A stretch of 64,000 nt of DNA from Dicyema japonicum (GCA_011109175.1 RDEW01000023.1:62001-126000), one strand, 5' to 3'; positions 26,237 to 39,042 are shown, counted from the first letter of the stretch. Notes: generated from the letters alone by a model not told the origin. A program made the numbers and translations.

Positions 26237-28049
26237 TTTATCTACACGTCATGTGCTTCTCCTTCAGGTTGTGACGTTTGGAGATTTCACTAATGATTAT
26301 CCAATGATGATGAACCAGAGTTGTCTACCATAAACTCTCACAATCCTCTTTATCAAATCTGATGATATTAAAGTAAATCCTGGCCCATCCTCTTTTATGC
26401 TAACCAAATACTTTCATTGGTCGGGAGCATATCAAGGACACCTAATAACCCACCATATCACGAAAATGGTGAAAAGTATTTAAGATGTGAGAAAAACACT
26501 GTCTATCTAAATTACAATCTCAATGAGAACATGGAAATAAGTCCTCGAGTTATTAAATCGGAAAACAATAAATATATTGTTTTCAGATTAATCAATCTGA
26601 TGGTGAATATGAACATGGATATTTTCACAAGATAGATGGAGGTGTTCGTTCCATCGCTGTTTGAAATATTTTCAGAACTTTATGGCTTAAAATTTTTGAA
26701 AAACTCGTATGCGTCCACTTTAGCGAAGCGATGTATCCTACTCAACTGGCAGTTGATGTTCTTCAGGGTTCGACGTAACCAACGTCTTTAACTCTCTAAA
26801 AAGAGGTCGAATAGACGCTCCGGAGATTAGTATGAAATCAAGAAATCATCAATAAATTTAGAGTAGACGAAGCCAATGAATGATCACGGTATCTCTCCTT
26901 ATTTTAGTTCAGGGATGAAGCCATTGGTGATCCCAATGTCTCTCAGTAGATCCTCATAGACAGGGAAGGTGTAGAATTCGTCAATCTCCTATTTTAAGTA
27001 AATAATTAAGTGCATAGCTTCTCAGCACATGTAGTCAAACGATTAAAATCCAGAAATCTGCTTAAGCGGTTTAACAGATCTTCTAAACATCCAGCAATTG
27101 AATATAAAGATCTTTGGAAGCAATATTTTTTATGGATTCAAGGAGCAAATGAGTCAAGATAGGTTGAACAAGATCGTCGACAAATAGATCCTTGTGGGAT
27201 TCCGTTTTGTAGAAATTTAATGATAGACCTATTTTTCTGATAAACTTAATAATATCTTAGGTTCGGTTAGATATCAAAGATTTTACTTATTAATATCTTT
27301 CTTTAGACTAAAACACCTTTTTATGTTAATAAAGCATACTATGGAGTTATGATGCCTAGGTCATCACTGATGACTCATCAGATATGAATTTTGATAACCA
27401 AGTGAGGTGACTTGTATTGGAGAAACCCTTCTTGAATCCGTCCTGGAAGGATATTGCTGGCAAGTACTGTTGAATGAGTTTTAGAAAAAGTGATATAAAT
27501 CTGTGTGATGAATGAGATCCTCTGGTCTTTCAGGCATTAGGATTGGTCATACATCTCTGCAATTTCCAGACGGTTGGAATAAAGCTCTGGTTAATGAATA
27601 TATTAAAATTTGAGTTATTATTCTTATCGCATAATGGACTATTGTGTGGAAACAACACATGTTTCATCCAGTTTGGGTTTATGGGAACAATGGTGACCCA
27701 ATGGTTTTCTGTATCATGCTGTTTGTGAAGTATTTCATAATTTAGTGGAGATTATTTCGGTCTTCTAATCTGTCACATGTCAGCAGCTTATTATTTCATT
27801 TAAGAGTCTTCCACGTCAGTGAGAGAACACCTTATTATTCAGGGAGGTCTTAAGTCTTTACAATCATCTTCCGCTTCTTACAGACTTTTTTAGTATCTCA
27901 TGTTCCAGAGCTCGGTTGTTCTTCCCTGATTATTGACTTGGTAAACTTTGTCTATGATCAGAGTAGTCCGAGCTTCGAGGAGTACGTTAGTTCTTATTAA
28001 CTTTAGTCTACCAAACTAAATAAATTTGTTATAAAGTAAATTAATTAGT

Positions 28050-29612
28050 TTAAAGAGGCATGGATGTCTTTTTATCCGAATTTTGAACCGCCCATGGTTG
28101 AATTGTGCCTTTGCAGCAAAAGTGGAACGAAGCCCATCCGATAATGTTGACTACTAGAGCTAAAGTATAGACGTATTGCCATTCACGTGGTTTGTGCTAA
28201 CATAATAAAACAATTTACAGTATCTGAAACAAAAATGAATGCAGTTTCAGTAGATATGAGTCCTGAAAAAGCTCCTAATGTGTTGATGATCCCCGAAATA
28301 ATGCCAAAGTATTGTGGGGCCACATCCCCAATATTAGGGATAGTCGCTGCAATGAAAATCCCAGAAGTGAAACAGGAAAGTAGAACGAGTACAATCCCAT
28401 AACCGAACTTTTCAGGGGGAACAATGGTAGACAGTAATAGGAATACTGCAGTGGGAATCATACCCGTCTTAGTTTAAAAATTATTACCGATTCCGTTAAA
28501 GAACTTTTTAATTTTGAGTTTGTCCGTTTTGAATTTGGCGTGGACAATATCTCCGATTATACTACAGGTTGTTCCTCCCATCCACGTTAGAAGGGGGGTC
28601 AAAAATGTGATGTAAACTTGCTGTCCTTCAATTTACACGGAAATACATCTTTGACTTGGACATAATATATATCCGCAATGTATGAGGGAATAATTGTGGC
28701 CATCAAAAACAAATTCCATGCCGCGGATAGCTGGGAACCAAAAATAGCGAGAAATGCTTTCGACGTAAACATAGCTTTCCAGGGAACAGTCTAAAGTTTA
28801 TTTTATGATTACTTTGAGATCAGTCACCTGCTTCCTTTCGATTCTCTCTTTTAACAATTGTTTTTCCTCATCTTTGATAAACCTGTTTTTTTGAGGATCA
28901 TCGCTCATCAAAATTTGCCAAAAAATTAGCCAAATGAATCCAAATATTCCTTAAATAATCTCAATGATAAACCAAATAAGTAAAATGACACCTTCCATAA
29001 ACTCTGAAGGTATGCCAGTCCAGATGAGATTATTAACGCGACAATTGTTCCAAAGTAGGTCCCTTAAAGATAATTGATCACTAAACCTGGAAATATTAAC
29101 CCAATGGCAGACGTGCGAGTATCAGGAGTATACCAATTTGCCATGATCACTGAAAAACAGGGGAAGAATACTCCCTTCTGTCAAAAAAGACTCTACCTGT
29201 GCAACACCGCTTATCACTCTCAGGACAACGACATAATATGGAGATGCCTCGAAACAAATTGGAGTTAAAACCGTCAAAATTGAAGATAGTAAAATAGATA
29301 TTGCAAGAGTAATCTTTGCTCCATACCTTTCTGCGGACATTCCACCAAGTATCTGAGTGAAACAATATCCTGCATAGAAGGACATCAATACCACTGATTT
29401 TTGAGACCGAGTCCAATAAAATAACTACTAATAACTATCTTATTTCTACCCTTGGTTCATTCTTGTTGATTGAGACAATCTGGGCGACTACAACATTTAT
29501 GGTCTGTCTCTGCATGTATGTGATTGCGAGACAGAAGAATGTAGCAACTCCTACCATTACTCGTCCTCTCACTGATACTGCTTCTAAAATGATTATTTTA
29601 ATTACTTTCCAT
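28050..29612 (-). CDS. SLC17 family MFS anion transporter (sialin / Na-phosphate cotransporter-like)
   Basis: TYMQRQTINVVVAQIV, WTRSQK..MSFYAGYCFTQILGGMSAERYGAK, LRVISGVAQ, NIGDVAPQYFGIISGIINTLG, EWQYVY..KGTIQPWA. Micro-introns. Start codon inferred. Confidence 0.88.
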
Positions 29613-29940
29613 TTAATTACCTTTGCATTATCTACTATTTATAGCAGTCTTAATTGTTTACAACACGCCCAAATAAACACATTTTCCACATTTCCACCAT
29701 AACCAGGAATAACGGACACAACCGTCGACAGGACTCGAATCAGAATTTTAAGTTTTGAAGGAAAATTGAAAATGTTAATGATTATTGTTGGACTATAAAT
29801 ATCTGAATGAAGAATTATGTGGTTTGTTCAAAATAAATGGAAATCATAAAATAAACACTAAACGACATGGATATCATAAATTATTCAAATTTAATTCAAT
29901 TTAACCAAGTTTGATCACTAATCACGGATTTTCAATAAAT

Positions 29941-30181
29941 AAAATTATTCCAAAGACAAAGGGTAAAAACAAACTAACAAAGTCCTTCATTCTGACGCGT
30001 TCTAGTGATTCCAGAACTCGTCTCTAGGTAACGAAATTGTCTCCCATGGAATAATAGTTGAATCATTTTGAACACCAGCTAGGCATTGGGCGTCTCCTTA
30101 GTAAGGTGGATACAATGACACCATCAGGGGGAAGGAAGATAAATTTTTAACCAATCGACCACACCACATGGCTCCACGTGG
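29941..30181 (-). mobile_element. SINE-like element family B, full-length copy with ribozyme-like module (30060-30122)
   Basis: Colinear with 51324-51549. Head ccacgtggagccatgtgg; ends taccctttgtctttggaataatttt. Confidence 0.75.
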
Positions 30182-32153
30182 ATGAAATAAATTGATAAAT
30201 TGTTTACGTGGTTTAAAAAATAAAAATTATTATTGTTTATTGCTAGATTATTCAGAATTTTCATATTTGAAGGAATTCCAAGTTCACTCATTGTTCTCTA
30301 CATTGTAAAATAATTTCCAGTCCTCTTGGATCTGTAGGAATCTAAAATAATAATTTTCCTCGACAAACTCTATAGTAATGTATTTATCATACTTGTCTAT
30401 TCTACATGAGAGAAACCAGTAGAAAGGATAGTAGGAAGTACTCCACAAGCACAATAAATTTAGTTTGTAATCATAAAATGATAACTGAAATATTTATGTG
30501 GTTTGATAGTTATCTATTGTATAATAATGATAATGGACTGGACACAGGGATCACTTAATTAGGGTTAATAAAATTAAAAAATAATTCAATTTTGGTGTAC
30601 TCATTTGAACTTAAAGAATAAAAATTACTATGAAGCATTTTTTCATATTAAACTGTTTTTTCAATTATTGTTCTACGCAATCAGAAAAACATGAATTTTC
30701 GATCCTATCATAGTTGAGGTTTTTTAACATTGAATACATGGAAAATGAAACATTAATGTAAATTTTTTAGAAGATTCAGAAAATAGTGAACAAGAATGTA
30801 AAAAATAAGACCTTTAGACAAAATGAATATTACAGTTAGATTAATTGTAATAGAGGGAACTCTCAGCTAATGTTGAGAATGAGATTACTCTATAATTCCT
30901 TTAATAAGAAAGTACAAAACAAGTAAAGCAAAGAAAAAGTTAGGAATTAAATATTATTTTAATAAACTTAAATACGATTTTGTTCATATAAGGCATTTTT
31001 ATAAAAATTCTTTGTTCATTGTTCTTCTAAATTATTGATTTTAGTTTTTAAGATTAGCCACAAAATTCTAAAAAACCAAAAATGGCCGATTTTTGAGAGT
31101 CGACTGTATAATAAAAATATTGGTAAGCGACTTGTGACACCCAAAGTTTATCAAATGTAGAATAATGGACCACCTACATAAAAGTTGATAGGGGATTCTT
31201 AATGTTTTTGTTTATCTCCAAATGGAAGAATACAAACCCTTATTTTTTGAATGACTTGTTCTGCTTTCGTTTGTCAGCACTGAAGACAGAGTTAATTTAT
31301 AAAATAGTAATGACTTTTCAGAAATCTTCGACTGAGTGGTTAGAATGGACTATTCTGAGTCATAATAAAAGTGGTAGTAATTGAGAGAGTGCTATTTGTA
31401 GAGTGAGGGATTGTAGAGGTATAGTGATTTCAAAATCGAGTGAGACAAAATGAGATCTAATCAAAGTTGTATATCTAAGTACATTGGCATACTCTATTTG
31501 GTAGATTCTCCCCCTGAGAGTTGTTAACACCGCGGTTGTATTCTCTTTGAAACTACGCATTTCTAGTATTTAATAGAATATAACTTGAGAATTATGATTG
31601 AAATCGCTTTTCTATATAAGACACATCTGCGTCCTATTTAATAGCCTGACTGAGGAAGAGAACAAACTTGTCAGGCCAGTCAGGGAGATATTCAAATCAG
31701 GATGTGTAACTTCCTAGACCAGCAAATGGATGGTTAACAAGAAAAGGGGGTACCGGAATGAACAGTCCAGGCCAACTGGAGGACTGGAGTACCAATTCCG
31801 TAACCTATTGTTTAATTAATTTTTCATTAATTTTTCTACAATTTAGTGAGGGCGGGTTACTTAACTAATTAAATTAATTATACAAGAACAGAAGAACAAA
31901 AGACATTTTTATTTAAAGAATCACCGAAAAAACAAATGAGAGTAGGGGCTGTCAGGTGATTCCGTCCTCCTTGAAAAGTTGCCTCATTTTTTTCGGTGTT
32001 TTTCCCGAGTGCCGACACACTTCCGGTGTGGACGAATGCCTTTTTGGAGGTTTAGAGGTTTTAGGAAATACAATGATAAAAAATTGCCTTAAACGAAAGA
32101 GGTATCAAGGGTGTTTCAGTGATTTCTTCCATATTTGATTTAAGTTTAATGAG

Positions 32154-32462
32154 CCGCGTGGCGCCATGTGGTGCTGCGTGGTTAATTGATTGAAGTTTTC
32201 TACTTGCTTGTCTGTTCCTCCTCTCTCTTCCTATTAGAGTGGCGTCATGTGATCCACTTGTCTAGGTGACGCCTAGTGCCAGGTTGGCACGAAAAGGGAT
32301 CATTTGCTCCTCCCCACTCCACTGGAGGGGTTTCCACAACTGCATGTAATGGACGTCTTACCTTTTATGCTGATTCCGGATGGACTCTGTAGAAGTGGAA
32401 ACTGGATACACTTAATTAGTTGTTTACTTTAACTTCTTTCTCGGTGTATCCGGGGTTAATAA
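32154..32462 (+). mobile_element. SINE-like element family A, full-length copy with ribozyme-like module (32241-32302)
   Basis: Colinear with 39043-39353 (minus) and the partial copy 55470-55576. Ends ctcggtgtatccggggttaataa. Confidence 0.82.
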
Positions 32463-32744
32463 ATTAAATTAAATTCCATATTAACGGAATATTGCTCTCG
32501 TGTTATTTTCACTATCACTGAAGGTCCCAGGTGCTTCAGTTCGGGAAAAGAGACGACGAGTTATTAATTTTCCTTGGTCACTGAATGCACCCTAAAGTGG
32601 TCGAAAATGTTATGTTGGGGGACTTCCTGAATCCACTATGTTATGACTACAAAATTAAATGAAATTAATTGTAATATAATTTTAGTACCAAATTAATAGG
32701 TTTATTAAATAAATAAAATAAATTAATAGATTAGTAACCAAGTA

Positions 32745-34083
32745 ATGTTTGTACAATATTTGGACTCTACTCAAGTCGATAATATCAAAAAATACAAGGT
32801 GAGTTACAACATATTTGTAGTACAGTGGAGTAGACACCAGTCCTTTCTCAAAATACATTACCCGTCCATTTTGGAGTTGGTTGGTCAGGGTTGGTTTGTT
32901 ATCATATGTTAGACTTACATTCCTGTTTGGTTATCCCCAAATTTGCTCACCATTTCCAGTTTGGGGGTACTTATGTTTGCATACTTTGTTATTGACATGT
33001 ATGACTATAACTTTTGCACGTGCACATACAAATCTGTGTTATTCGTTGCTATTCCTGCATGGGTTTGGATTATCACGTCAATATGTGTATTTTTATCCCA
33101 CACTCTTGGTCTACCTTGTATAAGGACATATAGATGGAACTGACGGAATGCAGGCGAGGAAGCTTGGGATTACCTCCCCAATGGGGGAACTACTTGATCA
33201 TGGATGTGATAGCTTCTCTGCCTATTTAATCTCAGTCTTTATATTTTCCTCTCTCTATTCGTGTGGGCCTGGAGGAATTGGCATTCTTAGGGTTGTTGTT
33301 AATATTGGGAGTATTCTTACCCTATTCTATATCTCACATTGGGAGAAATACATTACAGGAACTCTTTTCCTTCCATGGGGTTACGATCCAATGTTCGTGG
33401 TTGTTATGCCTTACTATTTCAGTTTATTTCTCTTTTTATGCTTTTCATGCCCTTATTACAACCTATTCCTATGTTTACTCCATTCATTTGGGGGTTCTCT
33501 ATTTTGGATACTTTAGAGTTGGTCTACCAGTGTTGTAATGTGTCATTTACGTTTAGTTTGTGTGTGGGGTATCTCAACGCCTGTTTGTATAATGAACATA
33601 TACAAATCGTACTCTGAAGGGACTGGGAAGATGAAACCCTTCTGGAGGCCATTCGACCAGTTTGGGTCATTATCTCCTTTAATATTATATTTTATATTTT
33701 TTTGTCTTTTGAGTCTCCATTCCGTAATCCAAAGTACGTCATATGGCTGTATGGAATTGTATCCTCCAATATTGCTGTCATATTGCTTGTGATTTGTAGT
33801 GTCGTCTGATTGTAGCACAAATGACTGATTCTCAGTCTCCCATATTCAATCTCTTCTTCGTCCCAATCATCTCATTCGTTGGTGTTCTTGTATTATACCA
33901 TTCTCTCTTAGTATCATCACTATTGGTGGAGAACATATTTTTGGTTATGGTCTGGGTTATCTCTATTTTACATGTACATTACTTTGTAAGTGTGGTTTTA
34001 ATTTGCCTGATCCATAGATTTACCAATTATGCCATGTACTCAATATTCAATTTTCAAAGTTCCCAATAATATTATTATTCTAA
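32745..34083 (+). CDS. EPT1: Ethanolaminephosphotransferase 1 / SELENOI-like CDP-alcohol phosphatidyltransferase
   Basis: YSGVDTSPFSKYITRPFW, WLSPNLLT, HTLDGTDGMQARKLGITSPMGELLDHGCD (DG-x2-AR-x8-G-x3-D-x3-D), SHWEKYITGTLFLPWGYD, CRLIVAQM. Introns of 22-25 nt; one apparent 1-nt deletion near 33640. Confidence 0.88.
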
Positions 34084-34198
34084 CACAATAAAGTCATCTT
34101 TTTTGTTTTTAAGGACTAATCGTCCAGACCCCGTTGAGATAACATTTGGGAAAACTGATAGTCAAAATAATTAACAAAAATAGAGATTAATAAATAGG

Positions 34199-35538
34199 TT
34201 AAGGTTTAGTCAAAATAATATCCATGTATTCAATCACACGTGGGTCATGCAGAATATCCCTATGACCAGTATTCGAGAACTCTTTTACTTCCGCCCATGG
34301 ATGTTTTCTCCCACACTCCCTCAGACTTGATATTCTCACAGTTCCATCCCCATCCACGTACCCAATCTTTGGGGACGACGGAAACTTCTCCCATGTGTCA
34401 TATCTGGTTCATAAACCCCCTAACCTGAAGGAATCAATCGTCTGGACCCCCCGCGAGTAAATACAGTAAAGTTCGACATCTTCAGGAACACGGAGACCAA
34501 CCAAAAAGTCTTTGTACATCTCCCACATTTCCAACATATCCCCGACATCCCCACCAAGTCTCTTACATCACGGAAACTCTTACTTTTACGATTAAGTCTA
34601 AATCACGAAGACTGTAGTCCACTCCCTCCACCCAAACAGGACTCCCTGAGGTAGGGAGTAGGGCGAACGAACTGGGAAAGGTGCGTATGGTATCACGAAA
34701 AATAGGACTCTCATCCAAGTGCACATTAAAATCAACGCCCACGAGGATGCCGGCCAGGCTTATTATGGAGCCATTATAAGGCCCGGAAACGCTAATAAAC
34801 CGTTTGATGTATTTTTCCCGCCACAAAAGAGGCCGAGATTGCAGAAAGTGAGTCGTAACCAAGCAACCATAACTGTGGGCTAGGAGAGTCACAGGAATGC
34901 CAGAAATTTCGAACCTCTGCTCAATCAGAGTCAGCAGGTCCTCAAACAAGGTCCCAAAGTCGTCTACTTTAGAAATCAACCCAACTGAGGCCCATTCGGA
35001 AGTCAAATGGGATGCCGAAAAGGTTCTCGTTTCTCTTGTACGGAAGGGCAGACGATTTAGAAGTCAGATGGGAGATAATACTGGAGAAATACCCGGTGAA
35101 CTTGGAAACTATGTATTAAGAAGACAAATAACTAGGATATGAGTCGTCGAGGTGCTCAACGGACGACGGATCCCCGAAGGACCGGTTTTCACACTCACTC
35201 CGGTTTGGTTTACCGGGGACGAGTCTATCCAACGAAGTCTTGAATTATATACGACCTCACCTCAGATTGTAGTGGTAGCAGTAATCAAAAATAGGTAAAA
35301 AGTCGTAGGGGGAGACCCACAATAGATAATAATCACTGGTTTGGGACTCGCAAAATGGGTAGGGTTTAAAGGTTCTGTTCAGTTTCGAATATAGCTTTGA
35401 TCCTCCGTCACCAGGGACTAAAATTAAAAGTTATTTTACTTAGAAATAAAGGAGAGAATTTTTGAGGCGAAGATTTAAAAAATAAATGTAGTGCGAATAA
35501 ATTTATGAGTGCTGCCACGCCCAAAGACAATAGAACAT
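34199..35538 (-). CDS. Group XV phospholipase A2 / LCAT family acyltransferase
   Basis: IPGDGGSKL, GIPFDFR, LLAHSYG (nucleophile motif), YIKRFISVSGPYNGS, DGDGTV, GHRDIL. Micro-introns; at least two homopolymer-associated frameshifts. Confidence 0.88.
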
Positions 35539-35629
35539 TTTAAATTTTTAAATTAACTAATATTTATTAAAAATTTAAAATAATTATTTATTAAAATTTA
35601 ATTTTGATTGATTAAATTAATTAGTCGGA

Positions 35630-36990
35630 CTACTCCACACAGCCCGCGGCCGAATTGGACTATATTGAGGAATACCATCACTGACAATCAATTGGGAACA
35701 CGAAGAATGTGTCAAGGGGTTAAAGAACAGGCAATAATAAACCAGTGCATCAACCAGAAGAACGAGAATAATTTGGCCACAATGTGGAAATATGTTAAAA
35801 AGGCCTTCCATTCAGTAGATCATGACTTTTGTATTGGGTACTCGATAACTCTGCACTCCCTTAATGAATTGTGGAATTCGTGAAAACATGATCTCGAAAT
35901 GGAATTTTAATAACAAAGAAATTGGGGAAATTAAAATAAAGAGAGGGATGCTGCACAGTGACTCTGATACCGCAGATCTTCATGCTTGTACCTTCTGAGC
36001 AGGATAATAAATGAGAAATAAATGGTTACAACCACGATCCCCTAGTTATGCAACAACCACCTGCTGTTTTGGACGACCTGAAAATATTGTCTCGATAAGA
36101 AAACATAACGATTATGATGGAGATTAATTATTTCTTTCAAGTCCCTGGAATTTAAAGAAATGTCTAAAAATCTGTTACTAATGTGCTCACGCTGTGTCTG
36201 AAGCTAATTGCTCGACGGAATATGGATATCTTGGTGTGTTAGAGGATAGAAAAAGCAACGTCTTGAAAAGCCAAGCATTGAAGATAATATTTGATGGGGA
36301 TAAAAAGAGGACAGTCTGACAAAAACAAGATTAAAGTAACATGTTCAAAGCCATGAATGAACACGTGTTATCATTGTATAATTATTACATTGGGCTCATT
36401 AATATAGAACCTTGAGAATTTGAGATGATCCACCAAACATAAGGAATATTCTTGTACAGAATCGCATTCATTTAAAACCTGGAAACAAGGATAGACTCTA
36501 TCTGCCAAAAGATTAGCTTGAAAGAGGATTGGTATCATTACCCATAAAAGTGAACGGATGCTTTTACAATTTTTCCTAGACCTGGAAAAGTCGAATTATT
36601 GTTTGGGAAAAACAGGGATTCTACATAAAATCAAAGAAAACACATTTGGCCACAATCGTAGAATTCCTCAAGGTGAAGTGGGAACTATGTACGACGATGA
36701 GAAGGAGAACAAGAAGTTATCCCTACCAACATAAATATTGATTGGCCACACCAGAAGGTTTGAGGGAAACTGATATCGATATGGGAATGGTTGACGAAGG
36801 ATGTGCAATGAGGAAATTCAGACCACTATACAAAGGGAAAATAGAAATGATTTATGCGGACAATGTCGACCATATTTCCGAAGACTTTTGGAACATCTAT
36901 TATAAAAAGCACCTAGATACATGGGAAATGGTTTCTTACTATAGAGACAAAACATAATGAACAACATTCTCAAAGAGAAACGGCGATACA
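35630..36990 (+). mobile_element. Decayed R4/Dong-like non-LTR retrotransposon RT region
   Basis: RMCQGVKEQAIINQC..KAFHSVDH, GMLHSD, LFLDDLK-like segment; many stops and frameshifts. Confidence 0.7.
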
Positions 36991-37075
36991 TTAAAAAACT
37001 CTGTTTCCTTCAATGAGAAATTGAGGATATTAAATCTTGGCTAATAAGACTATGCATAACTAAAGAATTTATGGC

Positions 37076-37700
37076 TTAAAGTCCTATAAAGTGGAAGGCA
37101 TAGAGTAAAATTGCAAAAAATCCTTCAAAAGGACTTGAAAACGTAAAAAGAGAATTGAAATCCACGGATGATCTGGACTCATTAAGAACTACAATTAATA
37201 TTAGAAGTGTGTGAAGATTAACAATTGCACATGCGAGCAGGGGCGTACCAAAACTTTTTGCTGCCAGGATAATGCGATCAAATATAAACTTGGCTGCTTT
37301 GACAATAAAGACCTCAAATATGTATCTTTTTAACTTTGAAAAAGAACGTTCACAAATAACATTTGAGTAGTCAGTCTTAAACACGGTACTGTTGCCCAAG
37401 ACATTAATGTAATGTTGAATTTCTCGAACTGGTACCAATGCACGATGCTACTGCGAGTAAAGATATCTTTGTAGAACTACTACAAATTCTCTTTGACTAG
37501 GGGTTTTATTTGATAATACTTGTATGTTTATACACCGATAATGGTTGGGAGATATGCTGGTGTTGCTGCCAAATTGCGAGCTGAAATAGAAAAGTTAAAT
37601 CCTGAGTCATCATTTATCACTTTCATTGTATTATCAATCTATTATAAATGTGGCCCTCGAAGCGAAATAAGTTTGACACCTCTGGTTTAGAACATTGTTT
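37076..37700. mobile_element. Two hAT transposase fragments in opposite orientations
   Basis: Minus strand ICERSFSKLKR (hAT dimerisation motif). Plus strand VPMHDATASKDIF..MVGRYAGVAAKL..FHCII (GTF2IRD2/Buster-like catalytic region). Confidence 0.6.
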
Positions 37701-39042
37701 ACTTCTCATCAAGCGATTATAATTCGATTCTCTTAGTAATGGCTATAGGACTAATGCTTAGTTACCGTTCTGAGATTTATTTAATCTTAGAAAAGGATTT
37801 ATTTTAATTCGACCATAAAGACAACTGGTCTACTATGTGAGCAAAAGATCTTATGGGACAACTCATCTTTTATATAAGGAGAGGAAATTCTTCACTGAGA
37901 AACCACCTGCGTAGACTGATTCTTCCCTTCCAACACGGCTATTCACATGGGATAGCGCTTTGAAGACAGTTCTCCCTCAAACTAATTTGGGTATAAAACC
38001 TCGGGGTTGATTAGCGCAATTCCCTCGTTCTCTTACAAGATATAGGATCATTATTAACCAGAAAAGAGACAGTCGTGAAAAGGAATGGCTAATAGTGCAA
38101 ATTCACTACTTGGTTATGGCATCATAAGTAGTTACTGTTTAACATTTTACCACACTTTATGACTAGGCAATCACTTTTTTAACCTTAAAATTAAAAAATT
38201 TAACATTTTCAATTTAAACAATAAAAGACAACTTTTGTTTTAAAGACTATTTATTGAAAATAGACATTACGTAATTTTCCAGATTTAGTGTACAAAAGTT
38301 TCTGTTTGTCCTCAAAAAAACTCTTGAATTGCGAAAAACATCTTTCGACAGATACCGAGGATGGCTGACAATATAGATGGAACGAATACATTTTTACATT
38401 TCATATTAATAATTTTAGTTAGGTCGCTTTCCAAACTTCTCTTCTACAAATATTTTTTGACCCTTGTTTCATCTTTCCCAAAATCTATTGCACTAAGCGT
38501 CGAATATGCGTACTCTATTATACACTAGTTACTTTCAAATTGTAATATTTTTCTGTGATAATTTACTATATAAGAACAACCTGGAATATGTGAATAGTTA
38601 TGCGAAATGGCGCATAAGCTCTACTATTTTTTCACTTTTCAATGCATTCTTCGTAGAACTACTAAAGTACCTTCGTCCTCAATTAACTCAGAAATGTTAA
38701 TCACTAGGATTAAATTTTTTGATTAAAAAGATGCAGCCTTCAACCTGGTACCCCATCTCGTCAATACGACTTTGGGAGGAAATTGTTTTTCGGAAAACAA
38801 AAATTTTATTCAACATCATTTACATTCTGAAAGGGGTGAATTACCCAATCTGGAACTTTGAGTTAACATAAATCTTTGAAAAGTCCCTTCATATCTTGTT
38901 CAAGAGTGATCAAATGTTCAATATAAATTTCAAAATCATTTTCAGAAAAGAAGTTTTTAAGACCACTGAGACGTGGAAATTGGATTAATTCTTTCCTGCC
39001 AATATTCCTACAAAATAAAGGTATTTTCGAAATTTTAATTTT

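Noticed and set aside
27367-27381. 15-bp palindrome CTGATGACTCATCAG (AP-1-like core)
   Set aside because: Single occurrence within decayed repeat DNA, not near a gene start.
32158-32260. tRNA-derived head for SINE families A and B (TGGCGCCATGTGG resembles an A box)
   Set aside because: No B box (GTTCRA) at a suitable distance and no cloverleaf; the 10-bp periodic repeat explains the sequence better. Not fully excluded.
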